Shown here: one piece after another, positions 17,181 to 27,127 of the stretch
Position numbering within the stretch: position 1 is the stretch's first letter
How the letters are laid out: each line of letters begins with the position of its first letter
IMG/VR virus record: IMGVR_UViG_3300038673_000449
Coordinates: 1 to 42,525 of that record
Origin: a virus
Lineage: Duplodnaviria; Caudoviricetes
Direction: 5' to 3' (one strand)
Length of the DNA stretch: 42,525 nt
Notes under the pieces: generated by a model
Told to the model about the DNA's origin: nothing
Databases searched by the model: none
What the model saw: the letters and a program-made list of their open reading frames with translations, nothing else
Position numbers and translations under genes: made by a program

Positions 17181-17988
17181 TGTTCTGTACCTCCTTTAAT
17201 TTTGGGAATAAAGTGTCAATCAGTTCTGTTGGTGTTCCGCTCATAGGTTTTCCACAACTGAACTTACCTTCTCGACATTTGCCGGTTACACAGTCAGGGC
17301 CAATGTTACAGAACATTGAATCACCATCAGTTGTATGTAGAAGCTCTTCCCAAATCTTCAGAGCTACATACTGAGTTTCAAGTGTGTTTCTGTTACAAGC
17401 TCTCATTCTGATGAAGTGCGCCCATGATTCATTGTTGCCCTGCATAATCAAGATATTGCGTAGGCCCTGCGGCGCAGCATATCCGGCTGTATCATTGCTC
17501 ATGCCACATTCTTCAATAAAGTACTTGTAGTTATTCATATCTCTCATGCAGCTCTTAAGATATACACGGCGAGCTTCTAACTCATTAGGTTCAGTACCAA
17601 GCATCTCATAAGGAACTACAAAGTCCGCCTGGTCAGAATAGTCACTGTACTGAAGTGAAGCGCTTACGTAAGTCACACCAACCTGGTGCGTCCTGGCCTG
17701 TGCAAGGAATCTGCGAGAGGCACCTACAATTGCGACTGTGATAGGTGAGAATCGTGTGATAGTTCCATGAGGTAGACTTGCTACTGTCCTCAGTAACTTT
17801 TCACGTTTGGCAATCTCTTCTTCGGTAGAAACTGCCGGGTCAACGTCGACTGCCTTGTTATACATTCCAAGCAAATCATCCATGGACTTTACATTGTGTC
17901 CACGCTGAGTAAGCCTCGCAAGGAACATCATCATGCCGCCGGGGGACTGATGTCCCTCGGCAAGCACGGCTACCTGAATCTTATTCAT
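17173..17988 (-). CDS. thyX: Divergent FAD-dependent thymidylate synthase-like protein
   Basis: HGT...F, SRRFLAQ..H, S.QY, HFIRMR, CREGKFSC; located in the dTTP gene cluster. Confidence 0.8.
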   Translation of the reverse strand: MNKIQVAVLAEGHQSPGGMMMFLARLTQRGHNVKSMDDLLGMYNKAVDVDPAVSTEEEIAKREKLLRTVASLPHGTITRFSPITVAIVGASRRFLAQARTHQVGVTYVSASLQYSDYSDQADFVVPYEMLGTEPNELEARRVYLKSCMRDMNNYKYFIEECGMSNDTAGYAAPQGLRNILIMQGNNESWAHFIRMRACNRNTLETQYVALKIWEELLHTTDGDSMFCNIGPDCVTGKCREGKFSCGKPMSGTPTELIDTLFPKLKEVQNNG

Positions 17989-18283
17989 CTTCGGCCAACC
18001 TTTCTGCTAACTGGCCGTCAGCTGCTTGTAGGTCTTCCTCAACTTTCTCTTTGATGAAAGCATCGCCCAGAATCTCTTCAATCTGAGAACGCTCTTCTTC
18101 AGACAATTCATTCATCTCAGTAATAAAAGCTTTGGCAACCATCTTCATTGCCATACCAAGTGTCAAGGCGTCGGTGCAATAAAACAGAGAAGCATCGCCG
18201 TTGTCTTTTGCCAGAATAGCTACAAAGTCCTGAGATTCCTTTACCTCGCCATCCATCTGAACAGTACAAATATCATTATTCAT
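17981..18283 (-). CDS. Acidic hypothetical protein
   Basis: SD AAGGAGG before MNNDIC. Confidence 0.75.
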   Translation of the reverse strand: MNNDICTVQMDGEVKESQDFVAILAKDNGDASLFYCTDALTLGMAMKMVAKAFITEMNELSEEERSQIEEILGDAFIKEKVEEDLQAADGQLAERLAEDE

Positions 18284-18296
18284 TATGTTGTCCTCC

Positions 18297-18704
18297 TTAT
18301 CGGCCAGTGGAACCAAAGGCTCCATCTGTGCGCTCTTTAATATTTTCGGTTGAGAAACTTGCCAGAATAACTGGAGTGATTACCAGTTGACCAATACGGT
18401 CACCTTCTTTAATGTCATAACTATCGTTTCCAACATTTGAGATGATAGCATGAACTTCACCTCTATAGCCTGAATCAATAGGAGGCAGTTCACAAACAAT
18501 GCCTTTCTTACTCAGACCACTTCTTGGAAATATGAACCCAGCATAACCATCAGGAAGTTCAAGACCAAATCCTAATGGCATTGCATATGTCTGCCCAGAA
18601 TATATCGACACATTCTTTGTGGCATACACATCTGCACCGGCGTCATTTGCATGGGCTCTACAAGGGAGATTCTTGTAGCCAAAGTCGATTATCTTAATCT
18701 GCAT
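18297..18704 (-). CDS. dut: Trimeric dUTPase
   Basis: AGADV, PRSG, IDSGYRGE, RIGQL, R..GAFGSTG. Confidence 0.95.
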   Translation of the reverse strand: MQIKIIDFGYKNLPCRAHANDAGADVYATKNVSIYSGQTYAMPLGFGLELPDGYAGFIFPRSGLSKKGIVCELPPIDSGYRGEVHAIISNVGNDSYDIKEGDRIGQLVITPVILASFSTENIKERTDGAFGSTGR

Positions 18705-18705
18705 C

Positions 18706-19704
18706 TTATAAACCTCCCTTAACTGACATAGCTCTGAACTCAATCTTTTTCTGAACCTGAGCATAGATTTCAGGGAAGTTGGTCTTAAGTAAGTCAGTAT
18801 CGACTCTCGTCTGGGAGCGCGGCGACCATTTGACTGTGAAGTCCTTGGTATAGCCAATCTCAGTGTCTTGCAGCATATCCTTAAGACGGTTCTGAGCTTC
18901 TTCCATTGTAGATGTGATTTCTTTAATCTGAGCCTTGCACTCGAATACAGTTCTTGCTAAGTCATTAGCAACATCTGAATCAAGTGTCTTCTCAGAGTTC
19001 TTAACCACCGAGCTATACAATGTGTTGGCAAAGTCGGTGTCAGACGCTTGCATCAAAGGCTCTTGTAGTTTCAACACATTGTCAAACCAAAAGCTCTTCA
19101 CCGCGGGGATGATGGTCTCATTCAACAGCTCATCGTTTCTCCATACATCATAGTAATAAAACTTGTTGCCACCTACAAGGCAAGCAAAGGCACCTTTCTC
19201 AAGACCGAGAATCCATAAGTACCAGTTCAGCTGATAGATGTATGTCATCATTATCTCGCCGCTGTCCCACTCGTCTTTACCATACTCACTTGTAGTTTTG
19301 CACTCAAGGATGCCCAACGTCCCATCAGCATACTCAATCAAGCGGTCGACGTTAGCCAAGGCCCAAGGAAAGTCTTTGTGGCACAATGTAGCATCCACAG
19401 TATAGATTGCCTTGATTTCATCCTTGGCTCTGTGTGCATACTCATCAGCAACTACAGGTTCGAGCAAGTGTCCGAATCTCATTCTTTCCTGGGCAGCCTC
19501 ACCTGGTTTCATTGCATCTGTATACTGGCCAGTCTTATTCAAATAAACCTGGCGCGCTGAGGTGAAGGGGCTAACGCCACAGATAGGACCAACGTCTGAA
19601 CCACCTATACCTCTTGTTCTTGCTGCTAACCAAGCAGCTTCATCGTCTTCCTGGCGCACAGTAGAATATACTGTGCAGTTTGTAAGTCTCTTCAAAATAT
19701 CCAT
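18706..19704 (-). CDS. YqaJ-family (lambda-exonuclease-like) nuclease
   Basis: WL..R..GIGGSD, G..LEP, ANVDR, LECKT, Y..Q..WY. Confidence 0.92.
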   Translation of the reverse strand: MDILKRLTNCTVYSTVRQEDDEAAWLAARTRGIGGSDVGPICGVSPFTSARQVYLNKTGQYTDAMKPGEAAQERMRFGHLLEPVVADEYAHRAKDEIKAIYTVDATLCHKDFPWALANVDRLIEYADGTLGILECKTTSEYGKDEWDSGEIMMTYIYQLNWYLWILGLEKGAFACLVGGNKFYYYDVWRNDELLNETIIPAVKSFWFDNVLKLQEPLMQASDTDFANTLYSSVVKNSEKTLDSDVANDLARTVFECKAQIKEITSTMEEAQNRLKDMLQDTEIGYTKDFTVKWSPRSQTRVDTDLLKTNFPEIYAQVQKKIEFRAMSVKGGL

Positions 19705-19714
19705 GCCGCGCCTC

Positions 19715-19987
19715 CTATACTATCAAGATGTTTTCCATCCTGATGCTTGTGTTTGTTTTAAGCTGCATATCATCGTCATATGCATCCAAGATATAATCAA
19801 TCTTGTCAGCGATATTCTGATTGTTTACAGCGAGCTCAATAGCTCCTGTAGGTAAGCGGGTAGCAGTAACAAGATACTGCGGTTTGAATGGCTCCGGCGG
19901 CTCTGCACCAGGTAAAGCACACTCTGTGCAAGGCTCAGTCATAGCCTGCTTGATTTGATTCAGATAATACCTGATTTCGTTTTCCAT
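19715..19987 (-). CDS. Hypothetical protein
   Basis: SD AAGGAGG before MENEIR. Confidence 0.7.
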   Translation of the reverse strand: MENEIRYYLNQIKQAMTEPCTECALPGAEPPEPFKPQYLVTATRLPTGAIELAVNNQNIADKIDYILDAYDDDMQLKTNTSIRMENILIV

Positions 19988-20000
19988 GTTTAGTTCCTCC

Positions 20001-22970
20001 TTAATAATCGGTAGGAGCGTAGTAGTTTTTACGCGCCTCCTGCACCTCTTCAGGTGTTGCTGCTCTGGTTGTAAGATTTTCAAACAATTGCGTGCCAAGT
20101 GGTAATCTTCTATAATCGCCTCTTGACTTCTCTACAAGATGCTGTGTAGTCATAAACTTCAGGAGCATCTTTAAGTCATCCTTGGTAAGACCAGTATAGT
20201 CCTCAAGTGTAGCTCTGCTGAAATATGGTAGCTGATAAATAATCTTAGCCATTTCATTATGGTCTTGCATTGGCAGAGTTAAGAACAGAGACCTTAACTT
20301 ATCGATATTGCTATCAGATGTATCAGTCGTTGCATGTTCTTGGTCACTCAGCTTATCATAGCCAAAGCTCTTTGCACAATACAATTCATTCATGAAGTCA
20401 ACTACAAAGTCAACATGTTCTGGCTTAACGATTATCTTCTCAAAGGTCTCATCTGTAGATACCACACAAGCTGCACAAGCAACTGCCAAACGAGCTATCT
20501 TAATACGTTGGTCAGCAGCCTCTACAATAGGCACCTTCGAGGAATACCTTGCACCCATCTCTGTGGCTTTCTTGAGAATGTGTTGAGTTGTCTCATCTGA
20601 GATTTCGACATTCTCTGGTCGCCTGGACCATGCCCATAAAACTCTCGTGTTGCATGCTTCTGATGTGAATACATGTGGGACTGCTGGCATGTCATTGAGT
20701 GACTTGTTAACAAGTGCTGGGTCAACGTCTCCAGAGGCGACAGACATAGCAAGGTCAAGACGTCTAACATCTTCTGCCTTTCCCATAAGCTTAAGCACTG
20801 CATTAACTCCGTAAGTTTCTGAATTGAGCTGTCGTCCATTCCGAGGATTTGAAATGTATATTGCTCTTGTTCTGCTTGTAGTTTCTGCTGTGATAACTCC
20901 TGTTGCTTTAGCGATTCCACTTGAACGTACATCTGACATAACGGCCAGGTCTTCTTCATTAAGACCAGACAACTCATCGATTGTAAGTAGCCCGCCGTCA
21001 TTAAGCGGGAAAGCGCCCCAGACAAGGAACCATCTTTTATTGTTCTGTTGCAAGTTGTAGACAAGTCCTGTTCTTCTTGAAGATTCACCTGAGTGTAGTT
21101 CTCCAAGTCTGTAATGATGCATCATCCTCTCTACAATGGTAGTCTTAGCCTGGCCTGAATCACCAATAATCAATAACTCGCCCCAGCCTCGCTTTACATA
21201 CTGTTGTTGAAAATAAAAGTTCAGTACAGTATGGTAAATTAAATCAACGGCAAAAGCTACATTTCTTCTCTCCCAGATATAAGTGACATTGCGCTCTAAA
21301 TCTGTATGTATCTCATCAAACTTACTCTTAATAGACTGCCCAGGTTTTTGCTGGAATAGTTTAAGATAGTTGATTGATTCCTCATTCAGTTCAAAGTCGC
21401 TTATCAAATCTTTCTCTGGATATGCATTGTCAAATACATACGTTGCATACTGCGAGTGTGGTTCTGGATACATGTAGCCAACCATTGTGTACCGCTTGTT
21501 TGTCTTTAAGTTGTTTCCTATGAAATATCCCGTACGCACTACATATTCGTGCTCATTGGAAAAACCGAAGTTCGCTTCAGCCTTAGGTATCAGTCGTAAC
21601 TCTTCAAGATTCATGTACTCTTCAATCTCGAGCTTTACACGGTCACAACGTGGATTGATACCCATCATTTCATACATTACTTGCTGTTGCTGCTTATCAG
21701 TACACTTAATCAACTTTAAAACATCTGGGTCTATAGACTGAAGAGTTCTTATTCGTTCACCAGCCATTACTGCTAAAGCGCAATTAGCACACTTCTTTGA
21801 TTCACTGTCAAAAGCCTCACCACATTCAGCCTTTATTCGCTTAGGACAAATATACGGTGTGCTGTCCTTACCACTTACCATAACTGGTATACTCAAACGG
21901 CGCCCAAAGTTTTCAGCCGCTGAACTGTCTGATAAGTGTATTTCAATTGCCTCAGCCTCGTCCGCTAATCGTTCCTCAATATCTGGGTCCACATACTTTG
22001 TAGCTCCATTGAGTAACTTCTGGAAGTCTTCAGCGGTTTGGCCACACTTGGTAAAGTAATCAGTCAAGTCTCCCTTCTGAGGGAAGTCCTCTGGCCAATT
22101 GATTGTGTAGACATCTACAACTCTGTATAGTTTCTCACACAACCGTTTTGTAGCATTTCTTCCGGCTTCATCATTGTCTTGAGCCAGGTAAACCTTTTTC
22201 TTGTTTCTGAATAGTCTAGTCCATTCAGGCTTAAATGTTCCAGCACCAGAAGTAGGGCACGCGGCGGGGAAGCCCTGCTGTTCTGTGATGATACGGTCCA
22301 TCTCACCTTCACACCAGACTACATAGTCCGTGTCTTCATCCATAATTCGGTCTATGCCGAATATTCTGACCTCACCATAGGTATTACCATGTTCATCTTG
22401 ATAGTTAAGAACTTTGTACTGGTCATTATCAGAGTTCCACTTGTAGCGTCTGAAATTGACCAACACATTGTACTCATCATAGACTGGTATTGTAACCCTT
22501 TCACCATCCCAGCCAAGCATAAACTTCTTAAGCGTGTCATCTACAAGTCCTCGTCTGTCTCTTAGAACATCTCTCAATGAACCTGTAAGGCTCATCAATG
22601 CTTTATGATATTCTTGAACCAGACCAGGTTCAATGTCAGGCCTCGCAGGTTTTGTGCCATCGGGACGAGGAATCTTCAAAGCATCACCAAGGTCAAACCA
22701 AGCTTCTTCTGCCGTCTTATGCTCCAAGTATCTGTACATGGTATGGATATTACCTTTGGAGTGACAGCTGTTGCAATAGTAAACGCCTTTCTGAAGATTG
22801 ACTGTTAGTGAAGGGTTGTTGTCAGATTGAGATTCATGAAGTTCTTTGAATGGGCATTCAGCTTTTACTTCTTGCCCACGCCTCTGCATATTATGTAGGA
22901 TACTGGTAAAGTACGCTTCATTATCTACAGAAGCTAAAATCTTTGTAGTGTAATCGCTCCAACGCATCAA
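20001..22970 (-). CDS. Primase-helicase: CHC2 zinc finger, TOPRIM and MCM-like AAA+ helicase
   Basis: CPF...H...CNSC; EGEMD and DNDEAG; RGWGELLIIGDSGQAKT, GAFPLNDGGLLTIDE, SNP, RRLD. Confidence 0.9.
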   Translation of the reverse strand: MMRWSDYTTKILASVDNEAYFTSILHNMQRRGQEVKAECPFKELHESQSDNNPSLTVNLQKGVYYCNSCHSKGNIHTMYRYLEHKTAEEAWFDLGDALKIPRPDGTKPARPDIEPGLVQEYHKALMSLTGSLRDVLRDRRGLVDDTLKKFMLGWDGERVTIPVYDEYNVLVNFRRYKWNSDNDQYKVLNYQDEHGNTYGEVRIFGIDRIMDEDTDYVVWCEGEMDRIITEQQGFPAACPTSGAGTFKPEWTRLFRNKKKVYLAQDNDEAGRNATKRLCEKLYRVVDVYTINWPEDFPQKGDLTDYFTKCGQTAEDFQKLLNGATKYVDPDIEERLADEAEAIEIHLSDSSAAENFGRRLSIPVMVSGKDSTPYICPKRIKAECGEAFDSESKKCANCALAVMAGERIRTLQSIDPDVLKLIKCTDKQQQQVMYEMMGINPRCDRVKLEIEEYMNLEELRLIPKAEANFGFSNEHEYVVRTGYFIGNNLKTNKRYTMVGYMYPEPHSQYATYVFDNAYPEKDLISDFELNEESINYLKLFQQKPGQSIKSKFDEIHTDLERNVTYIWERRNVAFAVDLIYHTVLNFYFQQQYVKRGWGELLIIGDSGQAKTTIVERMMHHYRLGELHSGESSRRTGLVYNLQQNNKRWFLVWGAFPLNDGGLLTIDELSGLNEEDLAVMSDVRSSGIAKATGVITAETTSRTRAIYISNPRNGRQLNSETYGVNAVLKLMGKAEDVRRLDLAMSVASGDVDPALVNKSLNDMPAVPHVFTSEACNTRVLWAWSRRPENVEISDETTQHILKKATEMGARYSSKVPIVEAADQRIKIARLAVACAACVVSTDETFEKIIVKPEHVDFVVDFMNELYCAKSFGYDKLSDQEHATTDTSDSNIDKLRSLFLTLPMQDHNEMAKIIYQLPYFSRATLEDYTGLTKDDLKMLLKFMTTQHLVEKSRGDYRRLPLGTQLFENLTTRAATPEEVQEARKNYYAPTDY

Positions 22971-22986
22971 TCCGCCCCCTCGTTAC

Positions 22987-23020
22987 TGAGGCCCAGCAGC
23001 GCGATGACCGCTGGGCCTCA
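22987..23020. other. Strong intergenic hairpin between the putative SSB and the primase-helicase
   Basis: TGAGGCCCAGC / GCTGGGCCTCA 11-bp stem; no T tract on the sense (minus) strand. Confidence 0.65.
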
Positions 23021-23038
23021 TTGATTTTGAAATACTAA

Positions 23039-23815
23039 TTAGAACTCAGTCTTTTCTACATCAGGGGCAGGCGTTGAAGAAGCATTGGACCCAGCATCTT
23101 CCATGTCATAGTTAACCATCTGCATGGAGTTGCGGAATGATTTGTACATCTCGAGAGCAAAGGCCCTGTCATCATCGTTTGTAGCTCCAGCAGCAACCGG
23201 TACGATTATGTACCACTCATTACCACCCTTGGCTTGAAGTTTCTCGTTCAGCGTGTAACCATAGTTCCACATGTTCTGCATGGTCACTTTCGCCAAGCTG
23301 TAAAGCTTCTTGCCTTCATTGAAGTTCGTTTTACCGAAGCTCAGAATGATAGGCATACGCTCACCTTCGAAGAACCCAAAGAAGTTAATGTACTTCGTGC
23401 ATTTAGGAGCTGCCTCCTTACCCTGTTTAGTGTTATCAAACTCGCAACGCTTGCAGGATGCACACAACAGTGTAGTTCCGTCAGATGCTTCACCAACCTT
23501 GCCGTCTCTAGCAATACACTTGATTCCGCCGCCATCGGAGCGGTCCTTCCACTCTACATTGTTGTTGAACTTGAAGACAGGAATGAACTTCTTACCGTTG
23601 TACTTGTCTTTGGTCAGAGAGTTGATTATGTCGCCTTCAGATGCTGTGCCCTCTTTTCTTTCAGGGCTTAGGGTCTGAACAACTTTCACTCGAGGGATAA
23701 TCATATCCCCAGAATCTTCGTCCTCAAAACCCATAGGAACTTCGTTCTGAGTTGCTAAAGCAGATTCAGTTTCCTTTACTGCCAAAGCCTCATCGTTGCT
23801 AACTTCTTTTGCCAT
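23039..23815 (-). CDS. Putative ssDNA-binding or annealing protein
   Basis: Directly upstream of the primase-helicase, own promoter, acidic flexible tail ending in F (DVEKTEF); function inferred. Confidence 0.55.
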   Translation of the reverse strand: MAKEVSNDEALAVKETESALATQNEVPMGFEDEDSGDMIIPRVKVVQTLSPERKEGTASEGDIINSLTKDKYNGKKFIPVFKFNNNVEWKDRSDGGGIKCIARDGKVGEASDGTTLLCASCKRCEFDNTKQGKEAAPKCTKYINFFGFFEGERMPIILSFGKTNFNEGKKLYSLAKVTMQNMWNYGYTLNEKLQAKGGNEWYIIVPVAAGATNDDDRAFALEMYKSFRNSMQMVNYDMEDAGSNASSTPAPDVEKTEF

Positions 23816-23864
23816 GATAAAATCTCCTTTTCAATTTATTATAAGGCGGGTGCCTTACTATTAT

Positions 23865-23893
23865 ATTATACCACAAAATTAGGAAAAAGTAAA
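23865..23893 (-). promoter_or_regulatory. SigA-type promoter
   Basis: TTTACT-17-TATAAT with extended TG. Confidence 0.75.
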
Positions 23894-23925
23894 TACTGCA
23901 TTTTACGGCTGATTATTGATTCTGA

Positions 23926-24594
23926 TTAAACCAAAGCGTCTGCAGCCTCAACACACCTTGTAGCTACTGCATCTGCGATGATGTTCGTAACTACAAATCG
24001 TTCCATAATCTCTTCTGTGGGGATGAAGCCATTATTCTTCTCTGACAGCTCAGACACTTTGCCTAAGACATCTTTGTCAAACTTGACTTCATGATACTTT
24101 TGCTTTACAGCTTCATACAATGCCATACCGCTTGTATCTTGAGCGAGGAGGCGTTGAGCTGTAACCTTACCGAATGGAATCGTATGTCCCTTCACATGGT
24201 AGAATATAAGCTCTATCCCATCGGCCACGCATCTGTCATGAGCATGCTTAATCTGAAGCCAGATGTCCTTGTTCTTAACAGGCTCACCTGTAGAAGTAAT
24301 CCAGCCCTTGTTCGCCCAATTGCCGACCCAGTTCTTTGTCATGGTATTGAACAAATACTCTGAATCTGTAATGACTTGTGCAGACTGTTTTGAATCATAC
24401 ACATAATCAATAGCAGTAAGTAAGGCAAGCATTTCTCCACGCTGGTTTGTAGATTCCAACTCATAGTTTGATTTCAACGCTGTATGTGTCAATTCCAGAG
24501 CGTTATTGTAGTGCATAATGAACACTCCACCAGCAGACACACAGTTTGGTTTACCATTGCGACGGCAAGCACCGTCAATTGAAATTACAAGCAT
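23926..24594 (-). CDS. rnhA: Ribonuclease HI
   Basis: DGAC..NG, TNQRGEM, TDSEY, W...GW......VKNKD.W, HVKGH, N..AD. Confidence 0.92.
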   Translation of the reverse strand: MLVISIDGACRRNGKPNCVSAGGVFIMHYNNALELTHTALKSNYELESTNQRGEMLALLTAIDYVYDSKQSAQVITDSEYLFNTMTKNWVGNWANKGWITSTGEPVKNKDIWLQIKHAHDRCVADGIELIFYHVKGHTIPFGKVTAQRLLAQDTSGMALYEAVKQKYHEVKFDKDVLGKVSELSEKNNGFIPTEEIMERFVVTNIIADAVATRCVEAADALV

Positions 24595-24755
24595 TAGCCA
24601 TTCACCCCCACCTGAATAATTACGCAGAGGATGAGAAACACTACAGACATAATGCTGAAGAATACTTTCTCAAACCTTCCTGCTGTTTTGTTCATAGTAT
24701 TGCCAAGGCACAGAATGCAACAAAGCAATGCTACTACACTGATAACGAACATCAT
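24594..24755 (-). CDS. Small two-TM membrane protein (53 aa), absent from the ORF track
   Basis: SD AGGAGG; two hydrophobic segments; TAATG coupling to RNase H. Confidence 0.7.
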   Translation of the reverse strand: MMFVISVVALLCCILCLGNTMNKTAGRFEKVFFSIMSVVFLILCVIIQVGVNG

Positions 24756-24758
24756 AGC

Positions 24759-24935
24759 TTATACCTCCTTTGCACATGTTGGGCACAGGTTAATCCAGTC
24801 TGTACCGAGTCTCTTTGTTTCCCAGCCCTCAGCATCCGCTTGGCTCTTAGCCTCGTCGAATGTATCAGTCGGGTCAAGCTCTTCGCCACAACCATCACAA
24901 GTTGTGTAGAACTTTCCATAGCTCTTGTCAATCAT
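24759..24935 (-). CDS. Small zinc-ribbon protein
   Basis: CDGC...GW...CPTC. Confidence 0.75.
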   Translation of the reverse strand: MIDKSYGKFYTTCDGCGEELDPTDTFDEAKSQADAEGWETKRLGTDWINLCPTCAKEV

Positions 24936-25203
24936 AAATTGGCTCTCCTTTCGCATTTCTTCCTGTTATTGCAATATCTACAAACTGGACTGATTCTGTA
25001 GATACTTCAATCACCTTTCCATCCTCAAGTTCGACTACAAAGATAGGGCTTGCTTCATCACCATCTGTGTATTGGAATAAACCAAGTACATGACAATCAT
25101 GTGTCCCGGCGGCGATGCCATACTTCTTTTCAAACCACTCATTAAGAGTGACCTTAGCAGCGCGGCGTTTCATCGTTACTGACATAGTTAATGCAGCCAT
25201 CAT
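24928..25203 (-). CDS. Hypothetical protein
   Basis: Coupled ORF in a small-gene string. Confidence 0.7.
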   Translation of the reverse strand: MMAALTMSVTMKRRAAKVTLNEWFEKKYGIAAGTHDCHVLGLFQYTDGDEASPIFVVELEDGKVIEVSTESVQFVDIAITGRNAKGEPIYD

Positions 25204-25394
25204 TTTGCTCCTTTCAAATCTATCACTGTAGCAGTCTTGTAGGCCTCTACAAACTCTTCCTTTAAGGCCTGAAACTGCTCATCAGTCAAAGCATCCATTT
25301 GTTCGCTGGAGATATTCTTGACGATGATACACCACTCATAGAAGTGAAACTCAATCGAAGACATCGTCTCTCCATTAGGCATTGTTATCATCAA
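25200..25394 (-). CDS. Hypothetical protein
   Basis: Coupled ORF, SD GGAGGT. Confidence 0.7.
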   Translation of the reverse strand: MMITMPNGETMSSIEFHFYEWCIIVKNISSEQMDALTDEQFQALKEEFVEAYKTATVIDLKGAK

Positions 25395-25582
25395 TCCACC
25401 TCCGCATCATAGCAGTCAGGGCAGATAAGAATCTTTGAGCCATCACTGTTGTCAGTTACTTCCTCAGCCTTATCTTCGCAAACCTGCTGCCCACACATTT
25501 CACACTCTATATGTGAAGTGCAGAAACTACAAGGAGGATTGATATGACAAGCACATTGTCCATCGCAAAACTTACACATCAA
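25391..25582 (-). CDS. Small Cys-rich protein
   Basis: CACHINPPCSFC, CEMC, CPDC. Confidence 0.7.
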   Translation of the reverse strand: MMCKFCDGQCACHINPPCSFCTSHIECEMCGQQVCEDKAEEVTDNSDGSKILICPDCYDAEVD

Positions 25583-25784
25583 CTTTCTCCTCCTTATCTG
25601 TGAACTTCACTTCATAAGGATAGCATTCAGTTACGACACCATCCTCATACTCAATGATTGCAACGTCTAATTCCATCTGGCCACCTGGATGACTGCCGAT
25701 GGTTAGACCGGCATCAATCACCCAAGCTTTATGAGACCACTTATGGAAAGTAGCTTTGCGTCCTTTTACTTCGCATGGTCTCAT
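25572..25784 (-). CDS. Hypothetical phage protein
   Basis: RPC.V....A.FH.W...AIIEYEDG.V......V.F.D. Confidence 0.75.
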   Translation of the reverse strand: MRPCEVKGRKATFHKWSHKAWVIDAGLTIGSHPGGQMELDVAIIEYEDGVVTECYPYEVKFTDKEEKVDV

Positions 25785-27127
25785 TCTTCATCACCTACAA
25801 ATCTCTTAAAGATTGGGCAGTTCAACGACTTAGTACCCATCATGTTTGTAGATTCTCCGAAGCTGTCTATTTCAATCTTACGGCCAATATAGTCCTGAGC
25901 ATTATCCCAGATGTGGCGGCGCTGCGGCTCTGTGAAACCTGAACCAACGCCAAGGCGAGTGCCGTTGTAGTCAACAACCAATGCACCAAGCATATCTTCA
26001 AACTTTCCAGTGCCTTCTACTACGTCGGTAACTACAAGAACAAACTCTTGTGTCTTCTTTACCTTGAGAAGTTCCTTGGAACGCTTCTTCTCATAAAAGC
26101 CAGAGATACTGTTAAGCATAACACCTTCACCACCGCGCGCCCAGATTGGTTCAACGATTTGGTCTACCTCATCGATAGATTTGACTACTCCCAGGATAGG
26201 CACGGGCTTGATGAACTTAAGCTCCTGATGAATACCATATGATGCAATCAGCATCGGCCAGTTATCATCAAGTAACTGGATTGATTCATCCATCAAGGTT
26301 GCACCGAGCATTATCTTCCTCGTCGCAGCGTTCTCTGAAGACTTACCATCCCAGTAGTCCTGAGAATCCAGCATATCAAACACATTGAAGATAAGCCCAG
26401 TTTTGTTACCTCCACTATTACCAATAGAGTTGGTTGCTTGTCTCAAGGCGATGCTGTCCGGGTAATCTCCCGCAGCTAAAAGTTCACCATCGTAAACTCT
26501 ATTATCAGGAAGATACTTAGCTTCTTCCAATATTTCAATCAGTCCGGTATCTTCATGTCCAGAACGACTGTAGAATCTACAAACGCCGTTTTCTTTTACC
26601 AGAACACGCCTTATACCGTCTAATTTCTCAGTTACAATGCAAGGCCACTTAGTTTTAGCCGGACCAACGTCACCGAACTTTTTACCGAGCATACAATCAA
26701 TCTTAGGTATGAAAGTTTTGCCGTACACTGTGTTAAGTGTCGTAGAGGTAACCCCTATCTGAAAGTCTTGCGTAATTATAGCGCGAGCTACTTCGATTGC
26801 ATACGAATAGTCAGGATACTGAGTTCTGGTGCTATTGATAAAATGAGCAGCCATAACCAAATCGGTCTCTGTTCCTGTCTGATGCGTTTTGAAGTAAGCA
26901 AGCATTGCTTTATAATCTACAAACTTCTCTGTAGAAAGAACATCAGCAATCTCAAGTACTCTCAGATACTTGGCTGAGGAGATGCCAGTCTTATGGTACG
27001 GATTGTAGATGAACCGCAAGATTTCTTTAAGGCCTTCTACATTCTCACTCTTCTTCAGAATGAACTGTTTGTCATTGTAACCAGCTGTGTTGCTTATCAG
27101 CTCAATTACTTTTGCTGCGTTAATCAT
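25781..27127 (-). CDS. ATP-dependent DNA ligase
   Basis: EKLDGIR, YDGEL, FNVFD, EGVML, LLKVKK, VGSGF. Confidence 0.95.
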   Translation of the reverse strand: MINAAKVIELISNTAGYNDKQFILKKSENVEGLKEILRFIYNPYHKTGISSAKYLRVLEIADVLSTEKFVDYKAMLAYFKTHQTGTETDLVMAAHFINSTRTQYPDYSYAIEVARAIITQDFQIGVTSTTLNTVYGKTFIPKIDCMLGKKFGDVGPAKTKWPCIVTEKLDGIRRVLVKENGVCRFYSRSGHEDTGLIEILEEAKYLPDNRVYDGELLAAGDYPDSIALRQATNSIGNSGGNKTGLIFNVFDMLDSQDYWDGKSSENAATRKIMLGATLMDESIQLLDDNWPMLIASYGIHQELKFIKPVPILGVVKSIDEVDQIVEPIWARGGEGVMLNSISGFYEKKRSKELLKVKKTQEFVLVVTDVVEGTGKFEDMLGALVVDYNGTRLGVGSGFTEPQRRHIWDNAQDYIGRKIEIDSFGESTNMMGTKSLNCPIFKRFVGDEE

